From Azolla caroliniana (Eukaryota > Plantae > Polypodiophyta), in contig JBHGNT010000020.1 of the NCBI GenBank assembly GCA_043228905.1, positions 5,642,001-5,706,000 on the forward strand: a stretch of DNA of 64,000 nucleotides, given 5' to 3'. The notes beneath the pieces are model-generated. The model was not told where the DNA came from. It worked only from the letters and a program-made list of their open reading frames with translations, and did not search any database. This document shows positions 40,171 through 53,953 of the stretch, piece by piece. Within the stretch, counting starts at the first letter, position 1. The number at the start of each line of letters is the position of its first letter. Made by a program: the position numbers and the translations under genes.

Positions 40171-43100
40171 TGATGAAAAATTAATCGACACTTTCCAAAC
40201 TTCACCTCTCGGCCACAACCAAGGAAACACACGAATCGTTGTCAGAAAATGGGAAATGCGAAAAATAGAATGGACACACGATTCAACATGGAAAACCCTG
40301 TACGGGAAAAAAACCACGGGAGTACAAGACTCCGAACCAAAACTATGCACAGAGAAATATACAATGGCGAGCTGCAAGGCGACGACCTTGAGCTCGCTGT
40401 CCTCGCCACAGGCGGCGGAAATACACAGAGGCGTCGACCTCTTCTTCTCTCACGCTCTATCTCTCTCTCGCGGCTGCTCTCTCTTCACTCCTCTTGAGTG
40501 GAAAAACAGAAAAATGATCAGCAGCATTAAAACTGTTTGCCCTAAGTCATATTTATACACATATGACTTTGGGGCTATTTACAACTATAGCCTCAAGGGC
40601 CCTTGGCAAACATATTCACAGATATGTCCCCGCATCCGGATCTCTCTCCGGGTACATTCGTCATCCGGCTCCGAAGCCGGGGTCTTCATCATCCGGTTCC
40701 GAAACCGCAACCGGGCTTGTCGGCATTCATCTCCAACATTCGACCATCCCATCCGAAAGGGACCGTAATCCCAACAAACTCCCCCTTCACTTCGGCATGG
40801 GATGTCTCTCCAATCCGATCCTCTTCCGGCATGCTTCCAGCTTGTCGGGTGTGAGCACCTTGGTCAGCATATCCGACCCGTTCTCGTCCGTGTGGACCTT
40901 CGTCAGCACGAACTCCTTGTCTTCTATCCTTTCCCGGATCCAGTGATATCTTCGCTGGATGTGCTTCGTCCGGGAGTGATAGGCCGCGTTCTTCGCAAGG
41001 TGGATTGCACTCTGACTGTCGCAGTAGAGTCGGTACTCCTCCTGTCGGATACCGAGCTCTCTAATGAAGTCCTTCATCCATATTATTTCCTTGCCGGCTT
41101 CAACAGCCGCCATGTACTCCGCCTCCGTGGTTGACAACGCAACCGTCTTCTGCAGCCTCGACTGCCATGAAACCGCTCCCCCTGCATACGTCATCACATA
41201 CCCTGATGTGGACCGGCTGGTATCTGCATCAGCCGACATATCCGAATCGGTGAAGCCGTCGAGTTCGGGCTTACCGGAGCCGAATCGGAGGCACACGTTT
41301 GCCGTGCCCTTCAGGTATCGGAGTATCCACTTGGCCGCGTTCCAATGCTCTTTGCCGGGATTGCTCATGTACCGTCTCACCACTCCGACTGCGTATCCAA
41401 TGTCCGGTCTTGTACACACCATTGCGTACATCAAGCTTCCGACGGCAGAGGCATATGGCACTTTCATCATGTCCTCCTTCTCAGCCTTTGTCTTGGGGCT
41501 TTGCTTGCTGGACAGCTTGCAGTTTGCCGGGAGGGTCGATCCGACCGGTCTTGCTTCCGACATGTTGAACCGTTTAAGCACCTTTGTCACGTACTTCTCC
41601 TGTGACAGCCACAACTGCTTCTTGCTCCGGTCCCGGATGATGTGCATCCCTAGTATTTGTCTCGCCGGACCCAAGTCCTTCATTGAGAAGGTTCGGTGAA
41701 GAGCCTTCTTCAGCATCCGTATCTTGACCTAGTCCCGTCCGACGATCAACATGTCGTCCACGTACAGGAGGAGTATTAGAAAGTCTCCTCCTTCGAACTT
41801 CTTCACAAACACGCAGTGGTCGGACTGCGTTTTGAGGTACCCTTCGTCGGTCATGAAGGAGTCGAACTTCCGGTACCATTGTCAGGGAGCCTGCTTCAGT
41901 CCGTAAAGGCTCTTCTTCAACCGGCATACCAGGTGCTCCTTCCCTTTCTTCTCGAATCCTTCCGGTTGCTGCATGTAGATCTCTTCTTCGAGGTCACCGT
42001 GAAGGAATGTCGTCTTCACGTCCATCTGTTCTACCTCGAGGTCCATGCTTGCCGCTATGCTCAGCACCGTCCGGATGGAGGTCATCTTCACTACCGGGGC
42101 AAATATCTCGTCGAAGTCGACGCCCTTCTTCTGCTGAAACCCCTTCACCACGATCCTGGCTTTGTATCTCGGGGGGTTTCCGGCATCTCCCGGTTTCAGC
42201 TTGTACACCCACTTGTTTCGAAGTGCCCGCTTTCCTTTCGGCAACTCCACAAGTTCATATGTGTGGTTCTCATGCAGGGAATCCATCTCGTCCTGCATGG
42301 CACTCAACCACCTGCGGCTCTGGGTGTCATGCTTTGCTTCTTCAAAGCTCTCCGGCTCCCCCTCGTCGGTTAGCAGCACGTGCTCTGGTTCCGGAAATCT
42401 CCGGGGGGCCCTTCTCTCTCTTAGAGGATATCTCCGTTCCGGAGCTTCGGTAACCGGTTCTTCCGATTCTTCTTCATCCGAATCCATTTCGGGATCGGGG
42501 CCGGTTCCGGTATCATTTTCATCTTCTTCGGCCGGTTCTGTTTATTCACCGTCTTCGGCCGGATCCTCGAGTGCTAACCGGTCCCTTGCCGGTCGGGACT
42601 GCTCCTCGTAGAGTTGATCCTCACCGGTCGACTTGGAGCTCTTCATCTTCTTCTCCGACTCCCAGTCGGCGAGTGTCTTGTTCTCCATGAAGATGATATC
42701 ACGACTCCGGAATATCTTCTTGTCGACCGGGTCCCATACTCGGTAGCCGAACTCGTCATCGCCGTAACCGAGGAATATGCATGGCCGGGTCTTTGGATCT
42801 AGCTTTCCTCTCCGGTCCTTTGCCACATGCACGTATGCGAGATACCCGAACACCTTCAGATGCCGATAGGATACTTCCCTACCGGTCCACACTCTCTGCG
42901 GCGTGTCTCCGTCCAAAGGTACTGAGGGTGATCTGTTTATCACGTATGTCGCCGTCGACATCGCCTCAGCCCAAAACCCCTTGGGTAATTCCGCATGCGC
43001 CAGCATACTCCGGACCCTCTCCATTATGGTCCGGTTCATCCTCTCGGCCAGCCCGTTCAGTTCCGGCGTCTTCGGCATAGTAAACTCGAGCCGGATTCCC

Positions 43101-45479
43101 TTCGAGCGACAGTACTCCGCGAACTGCCCCCGGTATTCCCCTCCGTTATCCGCTCGTATCGCTTTCAGCTTCTTGCCGGATTCCCTTTCCACTCTCGCGT
43201 GGAGTTCTTTGAAGACGCACAACACTTGGTCCTTTGTCTTCAACGGTGCCGTCCACAGCTTCCGGCTGTGATCATCAATGAATGTTACGAAGTACTGGGC
43301 TCCGCCATGTGACTTCGTTTCTACCTGACACACATCAGTGTGTACCAACTCCAATGGTACACTACGTCTCGTCGGTGGCCTTGAGTGGAAGGAGGCTCGG
43401 TTCTGCTTACCGGCCAGGCAATCGGTGCACTTCTCCAGGTGCACGTGCTTCACTGGAATAAGGTTGTCTTCTGCAAGCCTCTTCATCCCCTTCTCACTCA
43501 TGTGGCACAGTCTTTTGTGCCACAGCTCACCGGCAGTGTCGGCTGCCACATTCAGCTCTTCCGGACATAACCGGGCATTCATCAGGTACAGTGTGTTGTC
43601 TTTCCGGGCCCGAGCCACTATCAGGCTCCCCTTGCTGAACTTCATTACGCCGTTCCGGATGCTACCTGTGTAGCCTTCATCGTCTAGCCTCCCGGCCGAA
43701 ATCAGGTTCAATCGAACCTCCGGAACGTGTCGGACATCCTTCAGCAGCATTTTGCATCCGGTCGGGGTTGTCAACCACACGTCTCCTATGCCGGCAATCC
43801 GGCACGTACCTTCATTTCCCATCCGAACACAGCCATGTTCACCGGCTGTGTAGGATGAGAAGTATCTTCTCTCCGGGGTCAGGTGGAACGATGCTCCGGA
43901 ATCGACCACCCAGGTCGTCTCATCGCCGGCAATGTTTAGTTCACCTTCTTCGGTGATGAGCATGATTTCTTCCTCACTTGCCGCAAGTGCCGTCGTTCCT
44001 TTCCGATCCTGCCCTCGCCGATCCGGACCTCTCCGGTCCGTGGCTCCCCGGTGTGCACCGTTTCTCTCCGGTGACTTCTTCGAATCGGTGTCGTCGGCTC
44101 CGTTGTCCTTTCGGTAATGCCGACAATTCTTTCGGAAGTGCCCCGGCTTCCCACAGTGGAAGCACGTGGGTCTTCCTCTTGACTGCGACCGGGTCCCCGA
44201 CTTCTCCCGTCTTTGCGGACTCCGGTTCCATTGTCTTCCCCGTTCCGATTCGGTAAGCAGCGCCTTCGAGTCGGAGGCCGGTTCTTTATCTCTCCGACGC
44301 GCTTCTTCGTTCAAAATACTTGTCTTTACCGTTTGTAGGGACAAGTTATCTTCCGTGCAGGAGGTGCTGAGAGTCACCACCAAGTTCTCCCAGCTTTCCG
44401 GTAATGTACACATCAGGATGATGGCTTGCATTGCATCCTCCAACGGGAACTTGATCGCCGCAAGCTGGTTCACGAATCCCATGAACGTGCTTACGTGTTC
44501 CACCATACTCTCGCCGTCCCGGTACTTGAGGTTCACTATCTTCCTCATCAGGGAGGTCCGGTTCAACGCATTCTTCCTCTCGTAGAGGCCCGACAGCTTC
44601 CGCCACATCTCATATGCGTTGGTGTCGTTCGCCACATGTTGTAGAACGCTCACGTCGACGTATTGCCGAATGGTTGCAACGGCTTTCCGGTTCAGAAGCC
44701 TCCATTCCGACTCAAGTACCCCCTTCGGTATTTCCGACCTGTCAATCGGTTCGTACAGGTCCCGAACAATCAGAAGATCCTCCATCTTGATCTTCCAGTC
44801 GGCGTAATTCTGCGCATTCAGCACCATCATCCCCGGCTGCCCGCTGCCGCCGCCTTCCATTTTCTGCAGCAGCCCGCTCTGATACCAAATTGATGAAAAA
44901 TTAATCGACACTTTCCAAACTTCACCTCTCGGCCACAACCAAGGAAACACACGAATCGTTGTTGCAGAAAATGGGAAATGCGAAAAATAGAATGGACACA
45001 CGATTTAACATGGAAAACCCTGTACGGGAAAAAAACCACGGGAGTACAAGACTCCGAACCAAAACTATGCACAGAGAAATATACAATGGCGAGCTGCAAG
45101 GCGACGACCTTGAGCTCGCTGTCCTCGCCACAGGCGGCGGAAATACACAGAGGCGTCGACCTCTTCTTCTCTCACGCTCTATCTCTCTCTCGCGGCTGCT
45201 CTCTCTTCACTCCTCTTGAGTGGAAAAACAGAAAAATGATCAGCAGCATTAAAACTGTTTGCCCTAAGTCTTTGGGGCTATTTACAACTATAGCCTCAAG
45301 GGCCCTTGGCAAACATATTCACAGATATGTCCCCGCATCCGGATCTCTCTCCGGGTACATTCGTCATCCGGCTCCGAAGCCGGGGTCTTCATCATCCGGT
45401 TCCGAAACCGCAACCGGGCTTGTCGGCATTCATCTCCAACATCCGACCATCCCATCCGAAAGGGACCGTAATCCCAACA
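40171..45479 (-). mobile_element. Full-length young Ty1/copia element D, LTRs 40171-40776 and 44891-45479, TSD CAAAC
   Basis: Perfect TSD; PBS TGGTATCAGAGC 44876-44887; PPT GTGAAGGGGGAG; LTRs differ by ~2 substitutions and 2 indels by eye. Confidence 0.98.
40787..44860 (-). pseudogene. Single-frame gag-pol of element D with three premature stops
   Basis: ORFs 42542-45001, 41882-42487 and 40787-41716 share one frame; stops at 42542, 41882 and 41729; all copia domains present (CCHC, DSGAS, HTD/ADNGGEY/AER, YVDD, RNase H). Confidence 0.93.
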
Positions 45480-46287
45480 CAAACGTACCGCACAACTCTC
45501 TTCCCCATAATGCACCATGGGACAACCTACCTACACAAGCGGCTGGGAGCCGCTCACACCCTTTCCCACGCACTGAGCACGGTGACACCAGCAACTCGGC
45601 ATCGGTTACCTGCTTTAAGTGTAACCAACCCGGCAACTGCGCTACCCAATGCCCAACCACGGGCCGCGGCAAGGCCCCGGCCGTGAATATTATTATGGCC
45701 GACGTTCAAGACGTCACTACATGCAGCAAAACCCAGGCCATCCAATGGCAAGTACAAGATGACGTCCGACAAGCAGCCAAGGAATGGATTGACACCGCCA
45801 ATAAAAGCAACGTGGAGCGGATGCACATAGAGATGCAGGACATGACCATCGGAGCACCACAACCCGCAAGACCATCCACTGCGGCAAAAGATGACCATCT
45901 ATGGGAAGCCCTTACCAGTTCTAGGATCTCTCTGCCATTGCATAAGCTTTTACCACTCATGCCGCGCTTTCGGGATACCTTGGCTACGCTCACGACTAAC
46001 GACAAATCGCTCGCACCCCCTGTTAACCTGACAGAGTCAGGGACGGGTCCACCCATCATGGATTCCCAGAATCCAGCCGTGAAAATCATGGTTAAAGGAC
46101 GCGACCTTCATGGATGCATAATCGACGGTGGCTCTGGCATGAACGTCATCAACGAGGCCACATGTCACACACTCGGTTTGAACCAATGGGAATCTTGCCC
46201 CTTTTGGCTTTGGATGGCCGATATGTGATAGGTTCGCCCCATAGGGTTAATCCGCCACCTCAACTTCATGTTAGGAGGCCACACGTT

Positions 46288-46888
46288 TATCGAGGAATAC
46301 GCGGAATAGTCTCCGGCGACAACCGAAGAGTAAATCACTTTGTACAGTCGAACACAGAAGAAATGGGAAATGGAGGTAAATGCACAAACAGAAAGAAAAG
46401 AGAATACACAGGATATTAACGTGGAAAACCCTGAGAGGGAAAAACCCTGAGAGCCCACAGACTCCAAACTATCACTATATCACAATGATTACAACAGTGA
46501 GCTCATGGAGGCAATGATCTCGAGCTCACGATCTTTGCCACAGGCGGCGGTTACAACAGAGGCAATGACCTCTCCCTCTCTCTCTCTCTCTCTCTGTACA
46601 CAGTTGCTCTCTCACAACCACAAAACTAAGTTTGCCCTAAGTCATATTTATACTAATATGACTTTTCGGCTATTTACAAATATAGCCCCGATGGACTCTC
46701 AGAAACATATTTACGAATATGTCCCTTCATCCGCTGAGCACTCCTCATCGGGCCTGCATCATCCGGCGCTTGCCGGGCACACGCCATCCGGTTCTCACCG
46801 GGTCTGCCGTAGCTGGGTACTCCACATCCGGTTTGCTCATCATCACTGTTCTTTTCACTTCCCATCCGGAGGGACCTATTTCCTAACA
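46288..46888 (-). mobile_element. Solo copia LTR inserted in the gypsy protease region
   Basis: TATCG...TAACA ends; TSD ACGTT/ATGTT; removal restores GGHTFTISAIVL. Confidence 0.9.
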
Positions 46889-49800
46889 ATGTTCACTATC
46901 TCGGCAATCGTGTTACGCCTCGAAGCTCCGGGTGCCTACCCAATGCTGCTTGGACGACCCTGGCTGCGCACAGCAAATATTAAGCAACATTGGCAGCGAA
47001 ATATGATCTCTTTCCACCGGGGGAAGACCAAGGTACGGATAATAACAGAAGAACGCCTAACCACACCCCACAACACCACACCCTTATACGCGGAAGGGGT
47101 ACACATGCTCAACGGGTTAGCTGATGACGAGGTGGAGGACTTCTTGGAAGATCATCCCACTATCATACCCCTCTTCGAAATAGACGCCATCTTGGCCTTC
47201 GGCACACCCCCAAACGAGGATGTCACAGAAGATTCACTTCCCTAGAACGAGCCAGATTCCACAACTATCGTGGAATTACGTCACGCTCGGGACGCGTTTG
47301 AACGAGAACTCACCAACTCCCAACGAGTCAAAGCATCAACGTTCAAGTCACTCAACCTCGGCTTCGACGAAAATCCGCATACACTACAAATCGCTAACAA
47401 CTTACCAGCCGACGAACAGTCAGCCCTCATATGCCTGCTCACGGATTATCAGGATGTATTCGCATGGTCTTACACTGATATGAAGGGATTGGATCCCCAA
47501 TATTAACAACACCAAATACACTTTCTGCCTGACACTCGACCGGTCCAACAATGAGGATACCGGATGAACCCCAACTACGCGGCTAAGGTCAAAGAGGAGA
47601 TCAACAAGCTCCTCCGAGTAGGTTTTATACGACCAGTAAAAAGAGCCACATGGTTAAGCCCAATAGTCGTCATCCCCAAGAAAAACGGGAAAATCCGTGT
47701 GTGCGTTGATTACCACAAACTCGATGCCGCGACAATCATTGATGGGTTTCCTCTCCCGTTCACAGATAGTGTCCTCAACACGGTGACTAGTCATGAATGC
47801 TACAGTTTTCTCAATGGGTTCAATGGCTATAACCAAATCAGAATGCACCCGGATGATCAGGAGAAAACGACGTTTGTCACGGAATGGGGTGTCTTCGTGG
47901 CCGAGGTAATGATGTTCGGATTAAAAACGGCACTGGCCACATTCCAACACATCATCACAGAGATTTTGAACGAGTATATCCCAGCGTTCATGCAAGTTTT
48001 CCTCAACGACTTTGCCGTGTATGGCCAACGGCTGGAGCATATGACCCAGCTACGCCTTTGTCTCGATCGATGTCAACATGCTCGGTTGAGCTTAAATCTT
48101 GCAAAATGTGCGTTCTTGGTGACAAGCGGCAACCTGCTCGGGCACATAGTTAGCTATGATGGTATCTCCATGGACCCGGATAAAGTGCAAGCCATTCTGA
48201 ACGCTCCCGCGCCCTCTACCGCGAAGGCCCTCAATTGATTCCTAGGCCAAATTAGATGGCATAGCCAGATGTTACGACACCTGGCCGATTTCGCGACTCC
48301 ATTGCACGCAGCTATGCATAGACTCCCATTTCAGTGGTCTTCAATAGAAGACGAGGCGTACCAATCCTTGAAGTTAATGCTCTCCCATGCCCCTGTTGTA
48401 CAGCCACCAGTCTGGTCGGAACCTTTTCACGTCTTCATAGACGCATCAGATATAGCCATCGGCAACTCGCTCATGTAGCGCGCACCACCAAATTGGTACC
48501 GGCCAGTGTATTACGCTAGCCGACGACTCTCGGCTGCAGAGAAGAACTACTCAACAACTGAACGTGAGGCCCTCGGTATGGTCAACAACATCAGCAAATC
48601 CCGGCATTACCTCTTGGGCTAGAAATTCACATTTCATGTCGATCACTCGGCTCTCCTCTACTTGGTTAATAAACAAGCCCTCACAAGTTGCCTAGCCCGA
48701 TGGATGCTCCTACTACAAGAGTTTGATTTTCAGATCCAGCATCGGCCTAGAGTCCAGCACGTCGTAGCTGACTACCTGAGCTACCTCGAGTCAGGAGAAC
48801 CACCCGAGTCCACGTATGATGATCTACCCGATGCCGCCCTTTTTAGTCTCGCAATGGTGCTAGACGAAAATGAAGATGAATGGATCACGGAGATGACCCA
48901 TTTCCTCAGCACCGGCCTTCCTCCCGACCACCTGACCCTCGACGCTCGGAAATAACTAGCTATCCGGAGCCGAAACTTTTGTCTGGTCTCCGACACCCTT
49001 TACCACAAAGGCTTGGATGGCATCTGGCTCCGTGCAATCCGTCAATTCAAGAAACACGCAATCCTCTAGGAGGCACATCACGAAATAGTGGGGGGACATT
49101 ATGCTGGAGAGGCCACGACAAGAAACATATGGCAGAGTGGCTTAGGGTGGCCTACAACGAAAAAAGATGCTCATGAATTCTGTCGACAGTGCGATTTGTG
49201 TCAACGTATGGGACAACCGACCGAGCATGCCCGAATGCCGCACCAACCCATTCTTCCGTTAGAACCATTTCAAAATTGGGGGTTAGATTTTGTGGAACCT
49301 TTCAAACCAGCTGTGGCTCGCACTAGTAACAATTATATAATCGTGGCCACAGACTATTGCGCAAAATGGGTCGAGGCTAAGGCACTACGGGACAACACGG
49401 CTGCATCCACGGCAAAGTTCGTTTACGAACATCAATGGTGCCGATATGGATGCCCAATCGAGCTCCTTAGTGACCAAGGCGGGCATTTTATAAACCACAT
49501 AATTCAGGAGCTCACTACACACTACGCAGTCGTACATAAGAAAAGTACACGTACTATCCTCAGGCAAACGGATTGGCGGAATCTACTAATAAAATTTTGC
49601 AAATAATCTTGAAAAAGATCATCAATGAGAACCGCACCGATTGGGATGACAAGCTCCAGAGTGCATTATGGGCGTATCGCACCACGTTTAAAACTAGCAT
49701 TCAATCTACACCCTTTCGGATGGCCTTTGGTTTGGAAGCAGTCATGTCGATCGAGTTCCAAGTTCCGAGTCTCCGAGTACAAGTTAAGGAAAGGCTACCC

Positions 49801-50715
49801 TAGGCCCAATCAGAGCAATATCGGCTCAAACAACTCCTCAAACTCGGCGAACACGGAGTGGCCAACATGGCTCAACTGGAACAACGACAATGACAATGCA
49901 AAGCCTTCGTCGATCATCACCAGAAAGGTACGGAGAAAACACTTAACATCAGCAAACCAGTACTGGTCTTCCAAACACGACTCGGTGCTATGCCGGGGAA
50001 ATTACGATTCTGATGGACAGGCCCGTTCTGGATAATTGACGAGTTTAACGACACATTCCAACTCGGCACACTTGCCGGAGACATCGTCAAAAGCTGGGTA
50101 AATGGATTCCGACTTCGACCTTACCAAGGAAATACCCTAGATAATCCCTTTGCCGAGTCTCACGGCACGAACTAGTTCACGAACGACGCCACGTGCCCCC
50201 ATCGGTAAAATAACGACCTACCCACCAAAATTATATATTAGGAATAGTTTTAGCATTTAAATTAGCCTTACCTAAACTACCTAACAAATCACCCCAAATC
50301 ACGACATTTTCTTAGGCGCACCAACTAGTCACCTTCACCTTAAAGTAGAATATTTAAGGAACATGCACACCAGGCATAACACTCCTGTGATGCGTGGCCA
50401 TAATACCTTATTATGGCAGCCACAACTAAGAATCTAAAGGATCTTCTCCTTGCACAAAACCCTAGGTGGTCACATAAAAGAAACTACCCCACACAGAACG
50501 CGCCCACTCACACAGAAGCTTTCTTGCCTCCACAACCTTCAAGCTCCCAAGCTCTCTCTCGTTCTCATCGCTCCCGCAAACAGGCCTTCTCTTGCCCTCG
50601 TAGCCCTTGCACAAAACAACGGTTTTCTACTCAACAATCTTCTTCCATCTCTCTATCTCGCCCTCGTCTCATCGCTTCCCCCCACTCTCCCTGTTAGCAA
50701 ACCTTCGAATCCACC

Positions 50716-53700
50716 ATGCCTCTCTCATCATCGCAAGAAACCCGTTCTTGGCTACAACAACGAGGATTGGGCAGCTACTTACGGGTCATCAACGCCCCAA
50801 CGCACCTTGACGCCCAAGCAATAACACGCAGAATCCACCCTGACATAGTAACCAACAACATGATTCGCGCTACTCTGGACCTTACACGAGGCGGAGAACA
50901 TGAGGTCGAGATTCCTCCTCACACGACCCTCAAGGAATACTTTGGGATGTATTCGATGTCGGGAAAAGCTTACCGCAGTTACGGAGGACCAAACAAGTTT
51001 TTCGGAGAGATCGCCCGAATTTTGATGGAATACGCCTTTGTGCATACAAATCCCACGAGTATGCCACAAAATAAGGCTGCCATCATCATCAGAGCGTACG
51101 AAGGCGACAAAATCGATTGGGGAATCATCATCGGCGAAGGAGTCCGGGTAGCGCTGGAATCTTTTCAATCCGGTAAGCGATTGCTACCTGCGATGAATCC
51201 TTACCTAACAGTCCTCTACCCACCTCCTTCGTTTTCCCCTCGTCGCATCCTTACCTCTCCACCACCACCACCACGGAAACAACGGGAGAAGATTTTGGCG
51301 TTAACCCAGGAAGAATTGGAAGACCCCTCACCCTCTCCACCTCCCTCGGCCGTTCGGAATCCTACTCCCACCTCGGCACCACCCCCACCAAAAACATAGA
51401 AGCAACGGGCGTTACCAGTGACCCGTGTCGAATGGGACGAGGCCGAGGAGCCCATCACTGAGGATGTCACCATACGATAGAAGACACCAAGGACATCGAT
51501 GCCCTCTCCACAACTGAGCCCACGCCCCACAAACCAGTAGCCCTCGGGCATACGGCAACAAAAAAGGAAACAAGCTGAGGAGCCATCACCACAGGCCCCA
51601 GACTCACAAGATCAGTCGAAAATGAGACGATGCATCAATCGCGAGTCGACTACAGAAACCGAGGGGACCCAACATCAGAAGTCAAAAGAGGCCAACCCGA
51701 CCTCCACGGCCATGGTACCAGTAGATTCATGGTTCCAAGTAGGTAGGATCGAGCATAGACAAACCACACAGATATCAGAGGAGGAAGTCCTCGGTTACAA
51801 AGACCTCCCCATAGAGGCATACGAGTTCAGTGCACTACTTCGACTGGGCACAACATATGAGTTGATGGATTTCCTCGCCCACCCCCAAGTAGCTGTTGCC
51901 GCTCGTATGGCCGAGGAGCACGCTGAAACAAAGATGATCCAACGCGCACTAATGGGAGAACTCGAACCTCAAGAGGATCGAGCCTTACAGAAGATAGGTC
52001 GGAAGAAGCAAGCACAAAATGCTTCTCTCCTCATGGAGCTACCAGATCTGAACACGGCCTTAGTCGAGGCATATCGAAATCTGCACCACACAACTCGGGC
52101 AGCCAAGGACATGGCCCAACGTATCAAAATGACACAGCAGCAAGCCAAATGGGCCACCGAGCTATGGCAAGATGCCGATCAGAAACTAGCGTCATTGGAG
52201 TAGCAACATTGAGAACAGCCTCCATGCCCCGAGTAATGATGTCTCACCAGCCCCTCTTCCGAAACCGAGCCTGAGTGCTATTGTTACTGAAGCACACAAC
52301 AACGACACAACTCACCCCAGGGTAGCCACGGTCGATGCAAGCACAATGAAGGATTCGGTACAAACAAGCGATACATCATCAATGGCAGATAAAAGCCTGC
52401 ACCCCCAAACCAGCCATGCCTCGACACAAACACCACGACCGCCTATCGTCATGGAAATATCTACAGAGACGGACAAGGAACCCAATCCCCGGAACCAGCA
52501 AGTTGCAACCCAAACAGGGCCTCCCCTCCGTGACTACCAAGACGAGCTCAAGGCCCAGATCGCTCAGGCTGAGTTAGCAGAACAAAACCGTAACAACAGT
52601 ATTGGCCAACTACGGGAACGAGCCGCGGGCCGAGAAGCTGACCTCAAGCGACTGCTTGCTGAAAGCTCGGCTGCACTCAAAGCAAAAGAAAGAGAGGTGA
52701 TGAACCTTCAGGTCGCTATCATTGAGGCCAAAGAACGATTCATCAAGGAAGCAGAGAGGAATAGCCAACGAGAACGCGAGCTATTCGCAGACAACTAGGA
52801 ATTACCCTGTTAACAAAGGGAACTACAAGAATTGGCAAATGAACACATGCAAAAGTGGAAGATCTCTAAAAAGCAAAGGGCGCAAATTTCCGATGCTTAT
52901 CACCAGTTGCAAATAGAGGACATCGCCGCCAAGGAATGACAACGGGATGCTTGGAGACAAGAAATGGACGAAACTGTAGCTCATCTCACCAAATGTTACG
53001 AGCATACAATCGCGCTTGTAACCGCAAAAGCAAAGGGTAACCAAGCTACTCTGGAGCTCCTCGTCCACAAATGCCAAGAAGACGCCAAGGCTGCAAGGGA
53101 GGAAGTGGAAGTTCACCGGGCTAGCATCAGCATGGACGATACCAAAATATACATCCTGATCAACAAATATTGCCAGCACCTCACCAAGAAGATCGAGGAA
53201 ACGCTCAACCGTGTATGGCAGGAATGATCAGCCCAAGCCGCTGAACTACACATATTACGCGCAAACACCGAGAACCGAAGGAGGGCCAACTTGAAGGGTT
53301 CTACAAGATGGATGACACACACCAGCATTTAGACCCTCCGTGAAGACTTAACTGAGGAATATCATACCTTAGCAAAATCCCACACCGCGGCAATCGAGCA
53401 ACTTCTAGAGGAATTCAACGACGATAACATGATGTTCCGTTTAGAAGCCGAAGCTTACCAGGAGGAACACCTAGCTACCATGACGAACAGAGCTCCTACG
53501 ACCGATGACCACGAACCAAAGCTGACAACAACAACCACCACGGAAGCCAGACAGGAGGGACCCACCCCTGCAGACACCCACATCACACCCGAGCAACAAA
53601 CTACGACCACGGCCCTGCCTGAATCAGAACCAACAGAGGGCGGGGCACGCGAAGACACAGCCATCCCGGACTCGGCAGCAAAACCCCCATCACCAACCCC

Positions 53701-53767
53701 ACCTTTCAAGCAGCCAAACCAACCCCACACCCCCGAGGATATCCTCGGCATATTAGAAGAGGATTAA
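50716..53767 (+). pseudogene. Extra sense ORF (~1000 codons, broken) between integrase and the 3' LTR of gypsy F
   Basis: Consecutive + ORFs 50716-51399, 51622-52203, 52346-52798, 52964-53227, 53429-53767: globular N-terminus, Pro-rich linker, long Q/E/A-rich helical segments, T/P-rich tail. Confidence 0.7.
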
Positions 53768-53953
53768 AACAAACCCGTAAGCCCCTTGTATAAAAGGGCA
53801 ATTTTGTAAATTTTTTGGCAAAATCTGTTGTTATCCCTCCACTTGTGAATCGTGGCTCCGACAGACAAAGTCCTGTCCCACGGGCGTGCCAGGTGTTGTC
53901 CATAGGCCAGAAATATAAAAACAAAATATGTAAACTCGCTGGTAGGTAGAAAA

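Larger units (their letters stand above)
38892..50208 (+). pseudogene. gag-pol of gypsy F, interrupted by element D and a solo LTR
   Basis: Gag (LDGLATRWY...ETVAQFTIRF), CFKCNQPGNCATQC, protease IIDGGSG, RT (WLSPIVVIPKKNGKIRVCVDY, MMFGLK, FLND), RH (DASDIAIG, NYSTTEREAL), INT (GGHYAG, CDLCQR, WGLDFV, SDQG, W.GPF); no chromodomain or additional RNase H recognised. Confidence 0.92.

Noticed and set aside
44978-46228. 416-aa ORF (and 39803-40768, 46505-47245) as novel genes
   Set aside because: Chance read-through between LTR antisense sequence and gypsy gag/protease sequence across insertion junctions.
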